Assembly (NCBI GenBank): GCA_030867685.1
Contig: JAQOWU010000003.1
Span: 1,240,001 to 1,304,000, forward strand
Source: Wickerhamiella versatilis
Taxonomy: Eukaryota
Direction: 5' to 3'
DNA length: 64,000 nt
The notes beneath the pieces are model-generated. The model made no database searches. It was not told the origin of the DNA and worked only from the letters and a program-made list of their open reading frames with translations. Of this stretch, positions 21,590-31,786 are shown piece by piece. Numbering within the stretch: position 1 is the stretch's first letter; the number at the start of each line of letters is the position of its first letter. The position numbers were made by a program, and so were the translations under genes.

Positions 21590-22576
21590 TTAAAGACTCG
21601 CCTTGTCACCAGGAGGCACGGCCACCCAACGCAAGTCAGATTCCAGCTCCTCTTCTGTGTTACGAAGGATTTTTATGAGATTCAAGTGCCGCTTGCGGTC
21701 ACCTGGAGACCTCCGAATATACCTCTGGTACTCTCGATAAAGCACTTCTTTTTCTTTGTCAGCGAGATCACAATTGAAACCGGGTTCGTCGCGGAATCGT
21801 CGTTTGAATTCAAGATAATATAATGTGGGTTGAGCATTGGACCATACTAGTCGTAAGTAGTCTTCCCTTGTAGCATTTTTAACCCGTTGCTTTTTTGCCC
21901 ATTCGTTAAAAACCTGTGCACGTTTAGTATTTGAGCTAAGTGCCAAATACCTTCGATCTCGGGCAAGTTTATCGCGGTTTGACTCCCAATGGTTTAAAGG
22001 GTTGGGTTGCAGGTCATTTAACATCTCGACGAATTCCTCTTCATCGTCATCATCAGACGACTCTTCTGAAAATGAGATTGTAGTGGCTGCTGATGAATTA
22101 TGCTGATTCGGGGGCTCAATTTTTTTATCTTGTTGAGGTTCCGCGTGAACTGGCAAATCTGGCATTAAATTAACTTCTTCTGTCTTGTCCTCGGCGTTTT
22201 GTTTATACCCCTGTTTGTCGTCTTTACCTGGCTTCTTTAATTCATGGTGTGAACGTTCAGTAGGCTTTGCATGGCGGGTAATCCCAGGTTTCTCAACCGA
22301 GTGATTCAACAATCTTTCTGGGAGACCACGAGCTCGTGCGATGAGGAGAATAGCTTGGTCCCAAGATGCATCAGTTGGTTTATAGTCCCGAGTTTCACGT
22401 CTTGTAGGATCCCAAATAAACAATTTTCCTTGCCGCGTGGCTACTAACCACTTACCTGTGGGCAGAATCAGTTTCTTGCGTGCCCTATCTGGTTCGTCAT
22501 AGGTGGATATTCCTTTTGATGCATTGTACCAAAACCAATGGCCACTGGGAGAAGCATGTCGCGACCACTCCGGCAT
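21590..22576 (-). CDS. URN1: WW + FF domain splicing-associated protein (Urn1/Dre4/TCERG1-like)
   Basis: N-terminal WW (W...SPSGHWFWYN...STYDEP), a second degenerate WW, and FF repeats (EFVEML...W...DRRY...RAQVFNEW). Confidence 0.7.
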   Translation of the reverse strand: MPEWSRHASPSGHWFWYNASKGISTYDEPDRARKKLILPTGKWLVATRQGKLFIWDPTRRETRDYKPTDASWDQAILLIARARGLPERLLNHSVEKPGITRHAKPTERSHHELKKPGKDDKQGYKQNAEDKTEEVNLMPDLPVHAEPQQDKKIEPPNQHNSSAATTISFSEESSDDDDEEEFVEMLNDLQPNPLNHWESNRDKLARDRRYLALSSNTKRAQVFNEWAKKQRVKNATREDYLRLVWSNAQPTLYYLEFKRRFRDEPGFNCDLADKEKEVLYREYQRYIRRSPGDRKRHLNLIKILRNTEEELESDLRWVAVPPGDKASL

Positions 22577-22666
22577 AGGAGCAAATATTACCTAATGTAA
22601 TGTAGGATATTCAAGCTTGGAATACTAAATTGCTTGGTTATTGTGTAAGACGTATCGTATACGTAA

Positions 22667-23854
22667 TTAAAATTTAGAAGGTGCGCCTAATATATTAGGA
22701 GTTGTAAGCAATGTTCCTACCGCAGTTGTTTCTGGTCGCCAGGTAGGCTTTGGGGGCTCTTGCGGAGACAACTGATATTGTCGAACACTAAACTTTGATT
22801 CCTTGGATGGGTCACCCCAGACCTCATCAAATATGGCAACTTCCGAACTTCTAGGACTTTCGTTGTCCTCATTGCTGTCAGCACTGAACCAAAGCAAAAT
22901 ACTGCGGTATTTCATCAGGGCGAATGAAGACGTTCCAAAGCAGACAAAGAGGATCCATGAAAGAGCCACCAGAATAATTTTCACAGCCAAATTGTTTTCC
23001 AAGACTATGGTAGCACTCTTTGCATCTTTTGACTCTTGGAAGGCAGAAAATGGCATGCGCAGTATTTCATCCCAATTCTCGGGCTTTCCATGAGCCCACG
23101 CTAATGGGGTCGTACCTTGTCTCTGAAGCATAGTTACACATCCTGAAAACATATACATTGACATAGGGCAAAGCACACAGGTCACAACAAAAGAAAATAT
23201 GCTCAAACGAATAAATTGACCTCGTGACATATTCGGAATAAAGCTAACTTTTTCGAATGACTCGGCTTGTCCATAACTGTAGAACCGCACTAAAAATACT
23301 ACCATTGTCACTAAGCAGATTATTCCCAGAATAAATAGCCAAATGACGTAGCACATGATATACGCGACGCTATGGTCAATGTTATTGGAGCATCCAACGT
23401 ACTGAACCACCTGATAACGGGAATACGTAAAAAAAGTATCCACTACAAAAATAATGGTTGGTAAAGATAGTACTGTGGCTGCAGTTACAATGGACCGCTT
23501 ACGATGCTGCTGGTCTGTCAAAACTCGCGGCGTGGGTCGAATCAGTTCAAGCATCTCCCAGTTAAGAGCACATTGAGTTAATAGCACACCTGGCGAGCCT
23601 GCTGTAAGAAGTCTAACATCAACGTCGCACCATCCAACCCCAGACCACCAGGTGTCTACGGCATCATTGGCCCATTCAATTCCACTAATGGCCGAAGAAA
23701 CACAAAAGTATAGAAACCAGAATGAGAGGATAGTCAAGGCTATGTTAGGCCTCTTGGTGAAGCCAAAGGCAAAAATCACAGGTAGTTGCAATACCGCCCC
23801 TATTATGCTAAAAACTGCAAGCGCAGGACCGTTGTATCCACCACTGTAAGGCAT
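22667..23854 (-). CDS. STE3: a-factor pheromone receptor (STE3-family GPCR)
   Basis: Seven hydrophobic segments, W-x-GVGWCD-x3-RL, RYQVVQYVGC, QFIRL and FVCFGTS motifs. First ATG is at 23854. Confidence 0.92.
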   Translation of the reverse strand: MPYSGGYNGPALAVFSIIGAVLQLPVIFAFGFTKRPNIALTILSFWFLYFCVSSAISGIEWANDAVDTWWSGVGWCDVDVRLLTAGSPGVLLTQCALNWEMLELIRPTPRVLTDQQHRKRSIVTAATVLSLPTIIFVVDTFFTYSRYQVVQYVGCSNNIDHSVAYIMCYVIWLFILGIICLVTMVVFLVRFYSYGQAESFEKVSFIPNMSRGQFIRLSIFSFVVTCVLCPMSMYMFSGCVTMLQRQGTTPLAWAHGKPENWDEILRMPFSAFQESKDAKSATIVLENNLAVKIILVALSWILFVCFGTSSFALMKYRSILLWFSADSNEDNESPRSSEVAIFDEVWGDPSKESKFSVRQYQLSPQEPPKPTWRPETTAVGTLLTTPNILGAPSKF

Positions 23855-23954
23855 TTTCACCGAGCTATTTTGAAAGTACAATAAGTATAAATATTAATCT
23901 AAGTCAATGGTATTCACCGCCCTTATTTAGGTAGAGCGGGTCAATTAATGCAAG

Positions 23955-23970
23955 TTACCAAATTGGGTAG
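23955..23970. promoter_or_regulatory. Mcm1 (P box / CArG) site upstream of STE3
   Basis: TTACCAAATTGGGTAG matches TT(A/T)CCNNNT(A/T)NGG(A/T)A, about 100 bp upstream of the STE3 ATG. Confidence 0.65.
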
Positions 23971-24385
23971 TCGTGAGTGTAGTGAGTGTACAATCCTAAC
24001 CCTGTACATGTGGTGAAATTACCGGTGCTTGAATACCACCGCAAACTCAGTATTTTTATGTGGAGAGTCTCATTGCGATAGATCTACTTATAGTTGGTTT
24101 TAAAAAATTCTATACGGACATGAATATCAATACCATGCAGAGAGGACAGCGGTGATTGCTGACATGTAGTTCATAGGCTTCGGAGTCTGTATATAATTTT
24201 TTCTAAATTTTAAGAACTAAAAAAACAACTACGGAAATTCAGTTTCACTAAGTCCAATAGAATTGTTGACAAGTTCTCTCATCGCAACACGCTGTAACTT
24301 TGCAAGTATTGTCAGTGATAACGTGTATTACTAACCACCATATACATGACCGACTAATAAAGTCCCTGATAATATTATTTCATGT

Positions 24386-27300
24386 TTAGGTACTCTCAAT
24401 AGGAGAATCAATGGGACTAGGTGCAGCCAAAGAATCGCTAGCAGATATTGAGTAGTTCTCTGCGTCAAGAAAGCTAGATTGGGCACCCGGAAAGACCTCC
24501 CTAGGTTTAGCCGAAGGTTGCGGTTGATTTTCCTTATGTGTTTGATCGACATGTGGACTCAAAAACTCTTTTGAAGGCTTATTTTGGATGATTTCTTGAT
24601 TCACTTCATGAATACCGTATTCTTGGAAGTTCTTCTTGTCATTATCTCTAGCAGAAAATGAAGATTCAGGTACTTCCCCGTGCAACTCATGGCTTAATTT
24701 TGTGTTTTCATTCCTCAATATAGCAGCACCATCACCGTCGATAGTTACTGTTCGTGATACACCGCTTGGATCTCGCCATACTCCTACAAGAGCCTGACAA
24801 TAATCGAAACTATGTAGTTTATGGCTCACCATGATAACCTGCACACCTGATCCAGCAAGGGAAATTAGAAACCTTGTATAATACTTCAAGTTCTCGCCAT
24901 CCAACGCAGCATCTAATTCGTCGAAAATAACCACTTGAGAGGGGCGAGCGGCAACAAGTATACATACAGAAGCTAGAGCGCGCTCTCCACCACTTAGTTT
25001 TTTCAAATCATGACCACTTTTTTTTGGTGGAATAAATGATACAGAAACGCCTTCCACCCATGGGTCCTTATCTGATATCGCTATAACCTGTACATTCCCA
25101 CCTTCATTAGCTTTACCGTACAATTCTTTGAGTCTTGTTTGAAAGGAGTTCATAGAATTAAAAAATTCTGTGCGCCTTCGAGTTTGTAATTCTAACAATC
25201 TCTCTGACGCTTCATTAAAATTAGTTCTTCTTTCATCGACCAATGATAAAGCCGCTTCATATTCCAGTTTAGCCCGCATCAGTCGGCTTTCTGCATGGAA
25301 TGATGACCCCAGAGAATCAATTTCGGATCGAATCTGAGCAACAGTAGCATCACATTTTAATGTTGTATCGATGTCTTCTTCATCCTCAAATTGATCTTCG
25401 TCAGAGTCATATATAGAATCTTCGACAGAGACTTGAAAACTTTGTTCCTTCAATAAAGAAAGTTTGTCTTGTTCCTCCTCTAAATGGGCCAGATAAAGTG
25501 ATTGATGTGCCCAAGCCTCTGCCGCTTGGGATTCTTGGACCATATTAGCATTCTCAAGATCACATAGCCTTTTTCCAGCCTTCTCGAGATTTTTTGAAGC
25601 CCTATCTCGATTGATTTTACCCTCAGAAATAAGCTTTATAAGTTTTTCTGTCTCATAAGAATGTCTCTCGGTATCTAATCGAGCTTTTTCAAGCGATGTT
25701 TTTGCCCTTGACACTGCTTCTTCGTGATTTTTCACGTTTGCATGTGCATCTCTTAGTGAATTTTGAATGTCCGGTAAGACTTCAGCTGAGCTTTGTAGCG
25801 CTATGACTTTCAAGGGTATTTCGTGACGCTCTACAACAGACTGAAAGTGTTCCTCGCACCTTTCAATCTCTTTTGCGACCTGGCCTAGCGCATTTTCCAT
25901 ACTAGATATTTCCACCAATATTAAGGAAATTAGGTTTTGATTCTTGCCAATTTGTGTCTCAACCACTGAAATGTTCCGAGTCAAGTCTAAAATATCGTCA
26001 ATTAATGCTGCATCGGCAATCTCGATGTCTTCTACCTTCTCTTGGATCGAAAAGCGCTCGTTCCGCATTTCTGAAACACTGGCTTCATAAATGCAAGCTG
26101 CAGTAGGGTCTTTTAGTTTATCCATAATTTCTTCAGGAATTAAGGAGCTTTCATCAGCAGTTGTACCATCATTCCCTGGTTCAACGGGAATCCACTCACC
26201 CTCCTTTTTGGAAGGCACGTAGAACACATCTTCCACCACTATAGCGCCTCCAAGCACGTACGCTACAACACCCCTCAGGGCAGGATTTGTATCTATAAGT
26301 TCAATTGCAGCGTAACCAGAAGAGGGGTGGGGAATAGGGCCTTTAACGATGTCTGCAGATAGTAGAATCTTAATTCCAAGATATTCGCGTGAGAGTAGCT
26401 TGCAACAGCTTATAGCTGTATCTACAGAGTCAACAATAATTGATTCTGCATGTTCTGCTATAATGCTCGCTATAGCTGCCCTGTAGCATTCTTCTCTAAC
26501 TCTTATGCATTCAGGAAAGTAGCCAAACACACCTGAAAACTCAGACTTCAATCGCATTATCACTTGGCGAAGATGGTCTTCATGGTGAATACGGCGTTGC
26601 ATCTCACACAATTGCGACAGCCTTATCTCAGCTTCCTCGAGATCAACCGATAACTTCTCGGCCATTATTTTCGATTCAATCCTGGTATTATCGAGTTCTT
26701 TGCGCTTTTTTCTCTTTAGTTCTTGCTGGAGTTCGAAGACATCTTTTTGACCTCTGAGTGTTTCAAGCTTCCCTTCGAAATGCTGTTTGCGAAGTTTGGT
26801 GGCTCTCAGACTCTCTAAGATACTCTCTTGTCTATCATAAAGCACACTTGGTGAATCACCCTGCCAGTGATCCTTCAACCGATTATATTTTATCGAGGCC
26901 TCATTTCTTTGGCTTTCCGAGAGATTGTGGTAATTATCCAGTCGTTTTTCTATGGTCTCGCACTGTGTGTGTGCGTACTGAAGTTCTTTTTCGGCAGCGC
27001 GGAGTTCATTCTCTAAAATGTCGACTGTATCAACCGTTTTTTCATCTTTTAGAGCTGAATACTTAGCTTGCAAGTCGGCCAATATCGCCTCTTTGGATAT
27101 GAAGTCTTTATGCAGCTCTTCCAGTTCTCTTCTTCCCTCAAGTAGGCTTTCTCGGGCCTCTTTGGCCAATTTATCTTGCTTTATTGCTTCATTTTTCAAG
27201 GAGTGAAGCATTTTTTGATCTTGCGATACCTTGTCTTCCTGTTGGCTCATTTCGTGAGCTTCAATTGATGCTCTTTTAGCTTTAATACGTGCCAGCCGTC

Positions 27301-27754
27301 TCAACAAATGTTCTTTCTGCTCGCGTGTCTTTACTACCTCGCTAAATTGTTGAATCTCATCAGAAGAACGGTGCATCCGCAATTCTGCTTGTCTAAGATG
27401 CTTCAAAGTGTCTGCTTTCCTGCATTGCAAAACTTCTTCTTCTTCTTGAAATTTCCCACGGTCATTTCCTTCAACAAGCTCGGCTATACGTATGGCAGGA
27501 AAATCCACCAGTTCCTCTAAATCAGTCTCTGTAATGAGTAGTGAAGAAGTGACCTCTCCTGTCATGCTAATTTCCGCTTCCTTGTCTGCATTGAATAATT
27601 GACTGGTAGGATCCACAGCATACACAATGGCTTCACAAATTGAGCTCTTACCGCTACCATTTTGTCCAATTAGGCCGATAAGGGATCTTTCGCCGAAATA
27701 TACACGCTCGTCTTGGTAACTTCGAAATCCCCGAATCCGGAGTTCGTTCAGCAT
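24386..27754 (-). CDS. divergent SMC1-like cohesin ATPase
   Basis: Walker A GQNGSGKS, SMC1-type hinge (LKSEFSGVFG...SIIVDSVDTAISC), C-terminal head DPWVEG...PPKK...LSGGER...VIFDELDAALD...IMVSHK, and long coiled coils. First ATG is at 27754. Confidence 0.85.
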   Translation of the reverse strand: MLNELRIRGFRSYQDERVYFGERSLIGLIGQNGSGKSSICEAIVYAVDPTSQLFNADKEAEISMTGEVTSSLLITETDLEELVDFPAIRIAELVEGNDRGKFQEEEEVLQCRKADTLKHLRQAELRMHRSSDEIQQFSEVVKTREQKEHLLRRLARIKAKRASIEAHEMSQQEDKVSQDQKMLHSLKNEAIKQDKLAKEARESLLEGRRELEELHKDFISKEAILADLQAKYSALKDEKTVDTVDILENELRAAEKELQYAHTQCETIEKRLDNYHNLSESQRNEASIKYNRLKDHWQGDSPSVLYDRQESILESLRATKLRKQHFEGKLETLRGQKDVFELQQELKRKKRKELDNTRIESKIMAEKLSVDLEEAEIRLSQLCEMQRRIHHEDHLRQVIMRLKSEFSGVFGYFPECIRVREECYRAAIASIIAEHAESIIVDSVDTAISCCKLLSREYLGIKILLSADIVKGPIPHPSSGYAAIELIDTNPALRGVVAYVLGGAIVVEDVFYVPSKKEGEWIPVEPGNDGTTADESSLIPEEIMDKLKDPTAACIYEASVSEMRNERFSIQEKVEDIEIADAALIDDILDLTRNISVVETQIGKNQNLISLILVEISSMENALGQVAKEIERCEEHFQSVVERHEIPLKVIALQSSAEVLPDIQNSLRDAHANVKNHEEAVSRAKTSLEKARLDTERHSYETEKLIKLISEGKINRDRASKNLEKAGKRLCDLENANMVQESQAAEAWAHQSLYLAHLEEEQDKLSLLKEQSFQVSVEDSIYDSDEDQFEDEEDIDTTLKCDATVAQIRSEIDSLGSSFHAESRLMRAKLEYEAALSLVDERRTNFNEASERLLELQTRRRTEFFNSMNSFQTRLKELYGKANEGGNVQVIAISDKDPWVEGVSVSFIPPKKSGHDLKKLSGGERALASVCILVAARPSQVVIFDELDAALDGENLKYYTRFLISLAGSGVQVIMVSHKLHSFDYCQALVGVWRDPSGVSRTVTIDGDGAAILRNENTKLSHELHGEVPESSFSARDNDKKNFQEYGIHEVNQEIIQNKPSKEFLSPHVDQTHKENQPQPSAKPREVFPGAQSSFLDAENYSISASDSLAAPSPIDSPIEST

Positions 27755-28202
27755 CTGATCGTGGTACCACACGATGACTCAGGAAAAGTCTGTATGTATG
27801 TCTTAATGCGTAATAAAATTAACGAATTCATTGATAAATCCTATTAAAAAAAGTACTTAAGTCTTAAATATGGTATCAAAGAATTACATTAATTAAAATG
27901 CTTGATTTGACATCGTAATAATAGATATTTTAGTCCGGTACTACTAAACTTCAAGTATCTCATGAGGTAAATTATACAATGTAATCGTTAGCTATTAGTG
28001 GCAAAATGTGGGAAATTTTATGGATATTGAGTTGAAGGCACAATTGATAGGTACAAATCGATAAATAGGTGACTCTGAAATCTTTTGGCTGAAAGACCTG
28101 CTTATCGAGATTTAAAGGCCACACTGTCATATTATGAAGTCTGGCGCCAAAGTTAGTAAATTCATTATCTTGTTTTTGTGAAATATCCTAGGAAGCCTAA
28201 AG

Positions 28203-28210
28203 TTGCCACC
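28203..28210 (-). promoter_or_regulatory. Rpn4/PACE-like element
   Basis: TTGCCACC (GGTGGCAA on the minus strand), 33 bp before the PRE9 ATG. Confidence 0.55.
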
Positions 28211-28243
28211 ACCACAGGTGGATGACATAAGCTATCACATCGT

Positions 28244-29008
28244 ATGAGTCGACGCTACGACAGCCGTACAACGATATTCTCGCCCGAGGGCCGGCTCTAC
28301 CAAGTTGAATATGCTATGGAGGCTATTAGCCATGCGGGTACAGCCATAGGAATTCTTGCCAAAGATGGCATTGTGCTCGCAGCAGAGAAAAAGGTCACGT
28401 CCAAGCTATTAGAACAATCGAACTCAGCCGAGAAGATGTACGCTTTGAATAAAGATTGTATTTGTGCTGTTGCTGGTATAGACTCAGATGCGTCTACACT
28501 TGTAGCACGAGCTCGTCTAGTGGCGCAGAATCATCTTGCAACTTATGATGAAGAGATTCCCGTGGAACTGCTTGTCAAGCAAATTTGTGATATTATGCAG
28601 GGCTATACACAGCATGGTGGACTGCGTCCTTTTGGCGTGTCTTTCATTTATGGTGGTTGGGATTCTCGTTTGGGGTATCAGCTATACCAATCAAATCCCT
28701 CGGGTAATTATTCTGGATGGCTTGCTACCTCCGTTGGTGCACATAACTCCAGTGCACAGACTCTTTTGAAACAAGATTACAAGCCAGATTTACCGTTGCA
28801 CGACGCTACAGTCCAAGCACTCAAAGTTCTGTCTAAAACTATGGATTCAGCATCTCTCAATGGCGAGAAAATTGAGATAGCAACTGTTGGGGGTGCTTCA
28901 GCTGAGGCTTTGGATAGTAAAAAGCCCATCCTTAAACTTTGGAAGCCTTCTGAAATTCAAGAGCTACTTGTGCAGGAAGAAATTATTCCCAAGCCAGAGG
29001 ATGATTAG
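28244..29008 (+). CDS. PRE9: 20S proteasome alpha3 subunit
   Basis: MSRRYDSRTTIFSPEGRLYQVEYA and YTQHGGLRPFGVS. Confidence 0.98.
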   Translation: MSRRYDSRTTIFSPEGRLYQVEYAMEAISHAGTAIGILAKDGIVLAAEKKVTSKLLEQSNSAEKMYALNKDCICAVAGIDSDASTLVARARLVAQNHLATYDEEIPVELLVKQICDIMQGYTQHGGLRPFGVSFIYGGWDSRLGYQLYQSNPSGNYSGWLATSVGAHNSSAQTLLKQDYKPDLPLHDATVQALKVLSKTMDSASLNGEKIEIATVGGASAEALDSKKPILKLWKPSEIQELLVQEEIIPKPEDD

Positions 29009-29113
29009 CCAGCTGCAGGCAGCGGGCTTGGTAATTAGATCCGTGTTAAGTATACTTAGTAGAATTTAAAAAGCTGGCGTGAGATGAACACTAAAGGAGG
29101 GTATTCAGGGCCA

Positions 29114-29121
29114 TCGCCACC
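29114..29121 (-). promoter_or_regulatory. Rpn4/PACE-like element
   Basis: TCGCCACC (GGTGGCGA on the minus strand), 15 bp before the NPL4 ATG. Confidence 0.4.
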
Positions 29122-29136
29122 ATAAACTGACAAAGC

Positions 29137-30762
29137 ATGATTGTCCGATTTCGTGGTCCTGATGGCGCATATCGTATTGAAGCAGCACCTGAGGAGTCAT
29201 TCCTTGTTGTGCTTGAACGACTTGTCACAAAAATTCCTCCCCATGCAGACTTAGCGATATCTATGGCGCCAAACGCTCCCGGTGAACCCCCCTCACAGGC
29301 GATGGGTCGCTCTCTTGGTGATCTTGGTATAAAACACGGAGATATGTTTTTCGTGTCTTATAATAAGCCTTCGATGGCGACTACAGAACAAAATGAAGTG
29401 AAAGAAGCGCCCAAAAACCAGGTCCAAGTGTCTGAAGTGGATCGCAGGCTTGAAGGTGAGGATGGCCGTATACCACGAGGTCATTCAAGTCTTTGCCGAC
29501 ACGGAGAGAAAGGCATGTGCGAATATTGCCAGCCTTTAGATCCATGGGATGATGAGTACCAATTTCAGAAGGGTATCAAGCATCTTTCATATTTTGCATA
29601 TGTCAAAAAGCTCCAGCATGAAGACCCGAAAAACATCTACCCTCTTGAGGAGCCCAATTATAGTGTCAAAAAATGCACTTCTGGACATGAGCCTTGGCCT
29701 CATGGAATATGTAGCAAGTGCCAAGTTCCTGCAATTTCGCTTCAGCTCCAGCGATTTCGCATGGTTGACCACGTGGAATTTGCAAATCCCTCAATCATAT
29801 CAGATTTTATCGATTTCTGGCGCAGTACTACTAGTCAACGCATTGGATTCTTAATAGGAAGATATGAACCTTATGAGCAGATTCCGTTGGGCATAAAGGC
29901 TAATGTACAATATGTATGGGAGTGCGATCAGAGCGATGATACAGACAATCTTCTTATGAAGCAGCTGCCTACCAAAGGTGTTCATAAAGCAGCAGCAGCA
30001 TTGGGACTTCAAGTCGTGGGAATAATATTTACCGATCTTACAGATGCGGGTGATGGACGAGTCGTTACCAAACGACACGCCAAGTCATATTTTTTGTCTA
30101 GCCTCGAAGTTGCGCTGGCCGCAAAGCTGCAAAATGAATATCCAAATCCATCTCTGCATTCTGAGAATGGCCATTTTTCATCGAAGTTCGTAACGTGCGT
30201 GGTGAGCGGTAATGACCTAGGCGAAGTCGATGTTGCCTGTTATCAGACCTCTGTTCAAGCCCAATCACTGGTGAGGGCAGATCTTATTGTGCCATCAACA
30301 AACCCTAGTGTCATGCGAATTAAGCAACAAGAAGGAGCTCGCTATGTCCCTGAGATGTTCTACAGGCATAAAAATGAATATGGCATTGCTGTCCAGGAGT
30401 CTGCAATGCCAGCATTCCCAGTCGATTACTTGGTGGTTTCTCTTTCCCACGGATTCAAAGATTTGCCTGTTCCTCGAAGCAAATTTCCCATCGAAAATAG
30501 AGAGGCTCTGCGGGGACAGACAATGTCCCAGATCTCCGAAGTTTTGGGTCTAAGCGCAGGACTAGACAGTGCTAACTTGGCAGATTTTCATGTTCTTCTT
30601 TTCTTGCTTAATTCTGGGACACTCCAACCAGACGAAGAGGATGCTGTTTGCCATCTCGTGAATTTGGAGAAAGAAAATCGATATAACGAAGCCCTAGATC
30701 TTGCAACACAACTTGCAAATGGTCCTGGGTTATCGACAATTCGGATGATCGCTCAGAGTTAA
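29137..30762 (+). CDS. NPL4: Cdc48 cofactor Npl4
   Basis: N-terminal UBL, CRHG-x2-GMCEYC and GHEPWP-x-GICSKCQ zinc fingers, FRMVDHVEF, GIIFTDL. Confidence 0.97.
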   Translation: MIVRFRGPDGAYRIEAAPEESFLVVLERLVTKIPPHADLAISMAPNAPGEPPSQAMGRSLGDLGIKHGDMFFVSYNKPSMATTEQNEVKEAPKNQVQVSEVDRRLEGEDGRIPRGHSSLCRHGEKGMCEYCQPLDPWDDEYQFQKGIKHLSYFAYVKKLQHEDPKNIYPLEEPNYSVKKCTSGHEPWPHGICSKCQVPAISLQLQRFRMVDHVEFANPSIISDFIDFWRSTTSQRIGFLIGRYEPYEQIPLGIKANVQYVWECDQSDDTDNLLMKQLPTKGVHKAAAALGLQVVGIIFTDLTDAGDGRVVTKRHAKSYFLSSLEVALAAKLQNEYPNPSLHSENGHFSSKFVTCVVSGNDLGEVDVACYQTSVQAQSLVRADLIVPSTNPSVMRIKQQEGARYVPEMFYRHKNEYGIAVQESAMPAFPVDYLVVSLSHGFKDLPVPRSKFPIENREALRGQTMSQISEVLGLSAGLDSANLADFHVLLFLLNSGTLQPDEEDAVCHLVNLEKENRYNEALDLATQLANGPGLSTIRMIAQS

Positions 30763-30817
30763 ATATAACATAGAAGTCTTAGTCTCGGTCCTGCCGAGTG
30801 ATATTATGCTAAAAACT

Positions 30818-31786
30818 CTATTGTTCTTGTTCTTGTTCCTGTTGATGATGATGATCTTCATCTTGTTCGACTTCTTCAATCCTGTTAATCGAATAAAAAG
30901 ACCAGAGTACTGCCGCGGCTCCTACGAAATAGAAGAAAGATCCTATGCGACCATAAAAAAGCATCTCTCCCAACATGCTGAGAGGTATGGTGGCACTCAG
31001 CCCAACGGTCACAACGAGTGGGGATGTCAACAGCATGGCCAAGACCCAACAGAAATCTGACACCAAAATAGACACGCCGTTGAGAGCCAACAAAAGCCAT
31101 TCCCGGTTCAGGGTTGGAAGAGAGAAGTGCTCAATACCGCTGTAGTCTAGGGCAATAATTAAAGGCCACATACCTATTATGTTGAACAATCCGACCAAGC
31201 CAAAAAATAGTTTGGTGTTCAATCTTTCTTCATGCTGAACCCGGTACTTTAACAGAGTTGTGTAAACACCATAGAGAAAAGCACTTCCAAGGGCTAAAAT
31301 GTTTCCCAGAAGCGACTGAGGAGGACCTGTAACTTCCATTCCATCCTCGGTAGATATCAGAGTCACACCAATAACACTCACTAGAATTGGGAATACTTTA
31401 TTCCAAGTGAATTCCTCTACTTGGAACCACGCTCCAATGGCCAATGTGAAGAAAGAGGATGTGCAGGAGATAATAGTGGCCGATTGGACGGTGGTGTATA
31501 CATAGCTTGCGTTGTTCAGGAGATTACTGACGAACCATAGTAGGCCGAATATTAGGGCTATACGTACGGTTTCTGCAAAAGTAAACTGATGCTGAGGCTT
31601 GTGCGATCGGAGACCGAATGGGAGGTAAACGGCCATGAGACCCGTATTGAGATAGGTGATCAGGTACGGTTTATTATAAGTTACACCCAGTGCATTAACA
31701 AAAAATCCAGACGCGACCCATAAAACAACAACCACCGCCAGCATAGCCAAGCCTGCCACCCAGCGCTTGTCCATCCCAGAGACCAT
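30818..31786 (-). CDS. DMT/SLC35F5-family transporter (YML018C/THI74-like)
   Basis: About 10 TMs; YNKPYLITY, ALGSAFLYGVYTTLLK and LLTSPLVVTVGLS-x-TIPL motifs. Confidence 0.9.
   Translation of the reverse strand: MVSGMDKRWVAGLAMLAVVVVLWVASGFFVNALGVTYNKPYLITYLNTGLMAVYLPFGLRSHKPQHQFTFAETVRIALIFGLLWFVSNLLNNASYVYTTVQSATIISCTSSFFTLAIGAWFQVEEFTWNKVFPILVSVIGVTLISTEDGMEVTGPPQSLLGNILALGSAFLYGVYTTLLKYRVQHEERLNTKLFFGLVGLFNIIGMWPLIIALDYSGIEHFSLPTLNREWLLLALNGVSILVSDFCWVLAMLLTSPLVVTVGLSATIPLSMLGEMLFYGRIGSFFYFVGAAAVLWSFYSINRIEEVEQDEDHHHQQEQEQEQ

Noticed and set aside
20816-27754. MAT locus
   Set aside because: No alpha-box, HMG or homeodomain ORF and no SLA2 or APN2 were recognised; STE3 alone does not define MAT in ascomycetes.
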